In this document: piece after piece, positions 62,466 through 64,000 of the stretch
Layout of the letters: the number at the start of each line of letters is the position of its first letter
Numbering within the stretch: position 1 is the stretch's first letter
NCBI GenBank assembly: GCA_047495785.1
Contig: JBLDXI010000007.1
Span: forward strand, 3,968,001 to 4,032,000
From: Lepidodermella squamata
Lineage: Eukaryota; Animalia; Gastrotricha
DNA: 64,000 nucleotides
Direction of reading: 5' to 3'
Position numbers and translations under genes: made by a program
The notes under the pieces: model-generated
What the model saw: only the letters and a program-made list of their open reading frames with translations
What the model was told of the DNA's origin: nothing
Database searches by the model: none

Positions 62466-62807
62466 CCGAACAATTTTTTGAGTGATTTTTGCAAGTAAAT
62501 TCCGGTGATTTTTATATCGTATGTTTTTCAAGCAATGCCATAAAACTGCTACGAAAAATGCCCAAGCAAGATTTACAATGTTCATGCTCCAACAATACAT
62601 ATCATTTTATTCATAAGGCTTTTAAAAAAATAAGAAAAATTTCGAAATGCTACAAATATAGAGATCACAGCTGCAGTAAAAATTGCATAATATAATAACG
62701 CAAAACCGGAATTTGGCAAAGTTATCACAATCGGTATATGAGTAAACACAACGGATATTTCATGGATTGTAAAAGAAGTATAAAGCTGACCAGCAATTTT
62801 CTCAATC

Positions 62808-63988
62808 TCACTCACTCGATGAATTCACCTGCAAAAATAACTGAATGAATAGCCTCCAGGTTTTCACTAGGGAAGTGACTTACCGAATTTTCCTTTGCGC
62901 ATGGGCACAAGGTGCGCTTGCAGGAATCTTTCAGCGTTCGCTTGTTGTGCTTCTTAGGATTCGACGATGGCAAGCAGTTTCTCGCAAAAATTTGAGTAAG
63001 CACTAGGCAAAGAGCCACGAAAACCACCGCAACAATCGCGACCACCCACCAGTAAGCTACCAGCCACTGAGCTGCAGTTTGCGGCGCTTTCTCGCCCGAA
63101 AGAAGGGCGAAAAGTGAAGCGAGAGGTCCCTGCGAATTGACATTACGGCACTTGTGGAAAACATCGCAGAACCCTTTGAAGTTATTGCAGGGAGAACCAG
63201 AGCCTAGAACAACAGGCTGGCCTTTAGTAGTCCCATTTTGCGAAAAGCCCTGCAAAAACGCGTAGAAAGCTGCGTCGTCACTTGACGATTTAACGTTCAC
63301 AGAATTTATGCATGTATCAGAACCAGGCGGCTTGCAGGCGAGGTAGCAGTACTTATCGAAGCTTTTCTCGTCATCTGGAATAGTTTCCTGGCAACTCTCG
63401 TACGAAACGCCAGCTGAATTTTTTATCAACGCGCAAAGGGGTAGCGAACATTCCCCCTTGGAGCAAACTTTCGAATTTTCGTAGCAGAAGGTTCCATCGG
63501 GCTTGTTGCTCGACGTAGGGCATGACGCCGAGTTGGACGTACAGTAAGTAGCATCCGAGCATTCGCCAGCTGGTCGACATTGCACAGCAGCTGCGGCGGA
63601 TGCCGAGAAAAGTGAGCAAGTGCTTGAGTCGCAGCAAACGCCGTTACTGGGCGAACATTTCGCGTTGTCTTTCAGCGTGCAAGCCTTGGCGGCATCTGCA
63701 GGCCAACAGCAGTTATCGCCGGCAGCTGTACAGTCATCGGTGAAGCCGCAATCGCATATTTCCCCCTCTTCTACAATTCCGTTGCCGCATTGAGGAGCGC
63801 TGGCTGTTAGGAAACAGTTTTTCTTGTTCGAATTCGCCTCGGTCATAACTGCCTTCAAATTCGGCGCGATTGAGCTGTTTGAGCACGAAGAGAATCTCTT
63901 GTTATTCGGCCGATCTCCTGGCGTAACATAAGGGTACATAATGAAGTTCCCGGTATCGCCTCCAGGCTGGCATTCAGTTTTGTCGTGC
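62808..63988 (-). CDS. ADAM10: ADAM10/kuzbanian-like metalloprotease, 3' part (Met-turn, disintegrin, Cys-rich, TM)
   Basis: HD...C.PG...GNFIMY....GD.PNN.RFS.CS, CGNGIVEEGE.CDCG, GSPCNNFKGFCDVFHKCR.V...GPL and WLVAYWW TM. A short final intron lies at about 62829-62883. Confidence 0.88.
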
Positions 63989-64000
63989 TAGAAATTGAAA

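Noticed and set aside
1-64000. CRISPR arrays, prokaryotic operons or defence systems, rRNA genes
   Set aside because: The sequence is intron-containing animal DNA. No regularly spaced direct repeats or rRNA sequence were seen.

Overview
This is DNA from a compact animal (metazoan) genome, not a prokaryote. Most introns are short GT-AG introns of about 50-60 nt, and the genes are tightly packed. Host genes recognised: mitochondrial thioredoxin TXN2, NSUN2, CCDC6, ZNF207/BuGZ (with an intronic U24/U76-like box C/D snoRNA), DBF4, an Ig/FN3 receptor tyrosine phosphatase, a beta-1,4-galactosyltransferase-family gene, a multi-EF-hand protein, three divergent Cys-loop ligand-gated ion channel (pLGIC) genes, a small mucin-like membrane protein and the 3' part of ADAM10. 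There is also a pseudogenised multidomain gene that appears to join repeated extracellular domains and a C-type-lectin-like segment to a pLGIC. Mobile DNA: a CR1-like LINE, an RLE-type (R2-superfamily) non-LTR element, an internally deleted LINE with a 12-bp TSD, three inverted-repeat non-autonomous DNA elements, a tRNA-derived SINE head and decayed RTE fragments. Most notable observations: (1) a virus-like 2A peptide (DIETNPGP) separating a hydrophobic leader from the ZnF-RT-RLE protein of an RLE-type retroelement; (2) the putative lectin-pLGIC fusion; (3) several operon-like gene pairs with unpaired splice acceptors, suggesting SL trans-splicing; (4) RFX X-box-like motifs upstream of the divergent non-alpha pLGICs, two of which share a 9-nt microexon; (5) a B4GALT with an altered donor pocket. 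Exon boundaries were read by eye and may be off by a few bases. The organism cannot be identified from this window.
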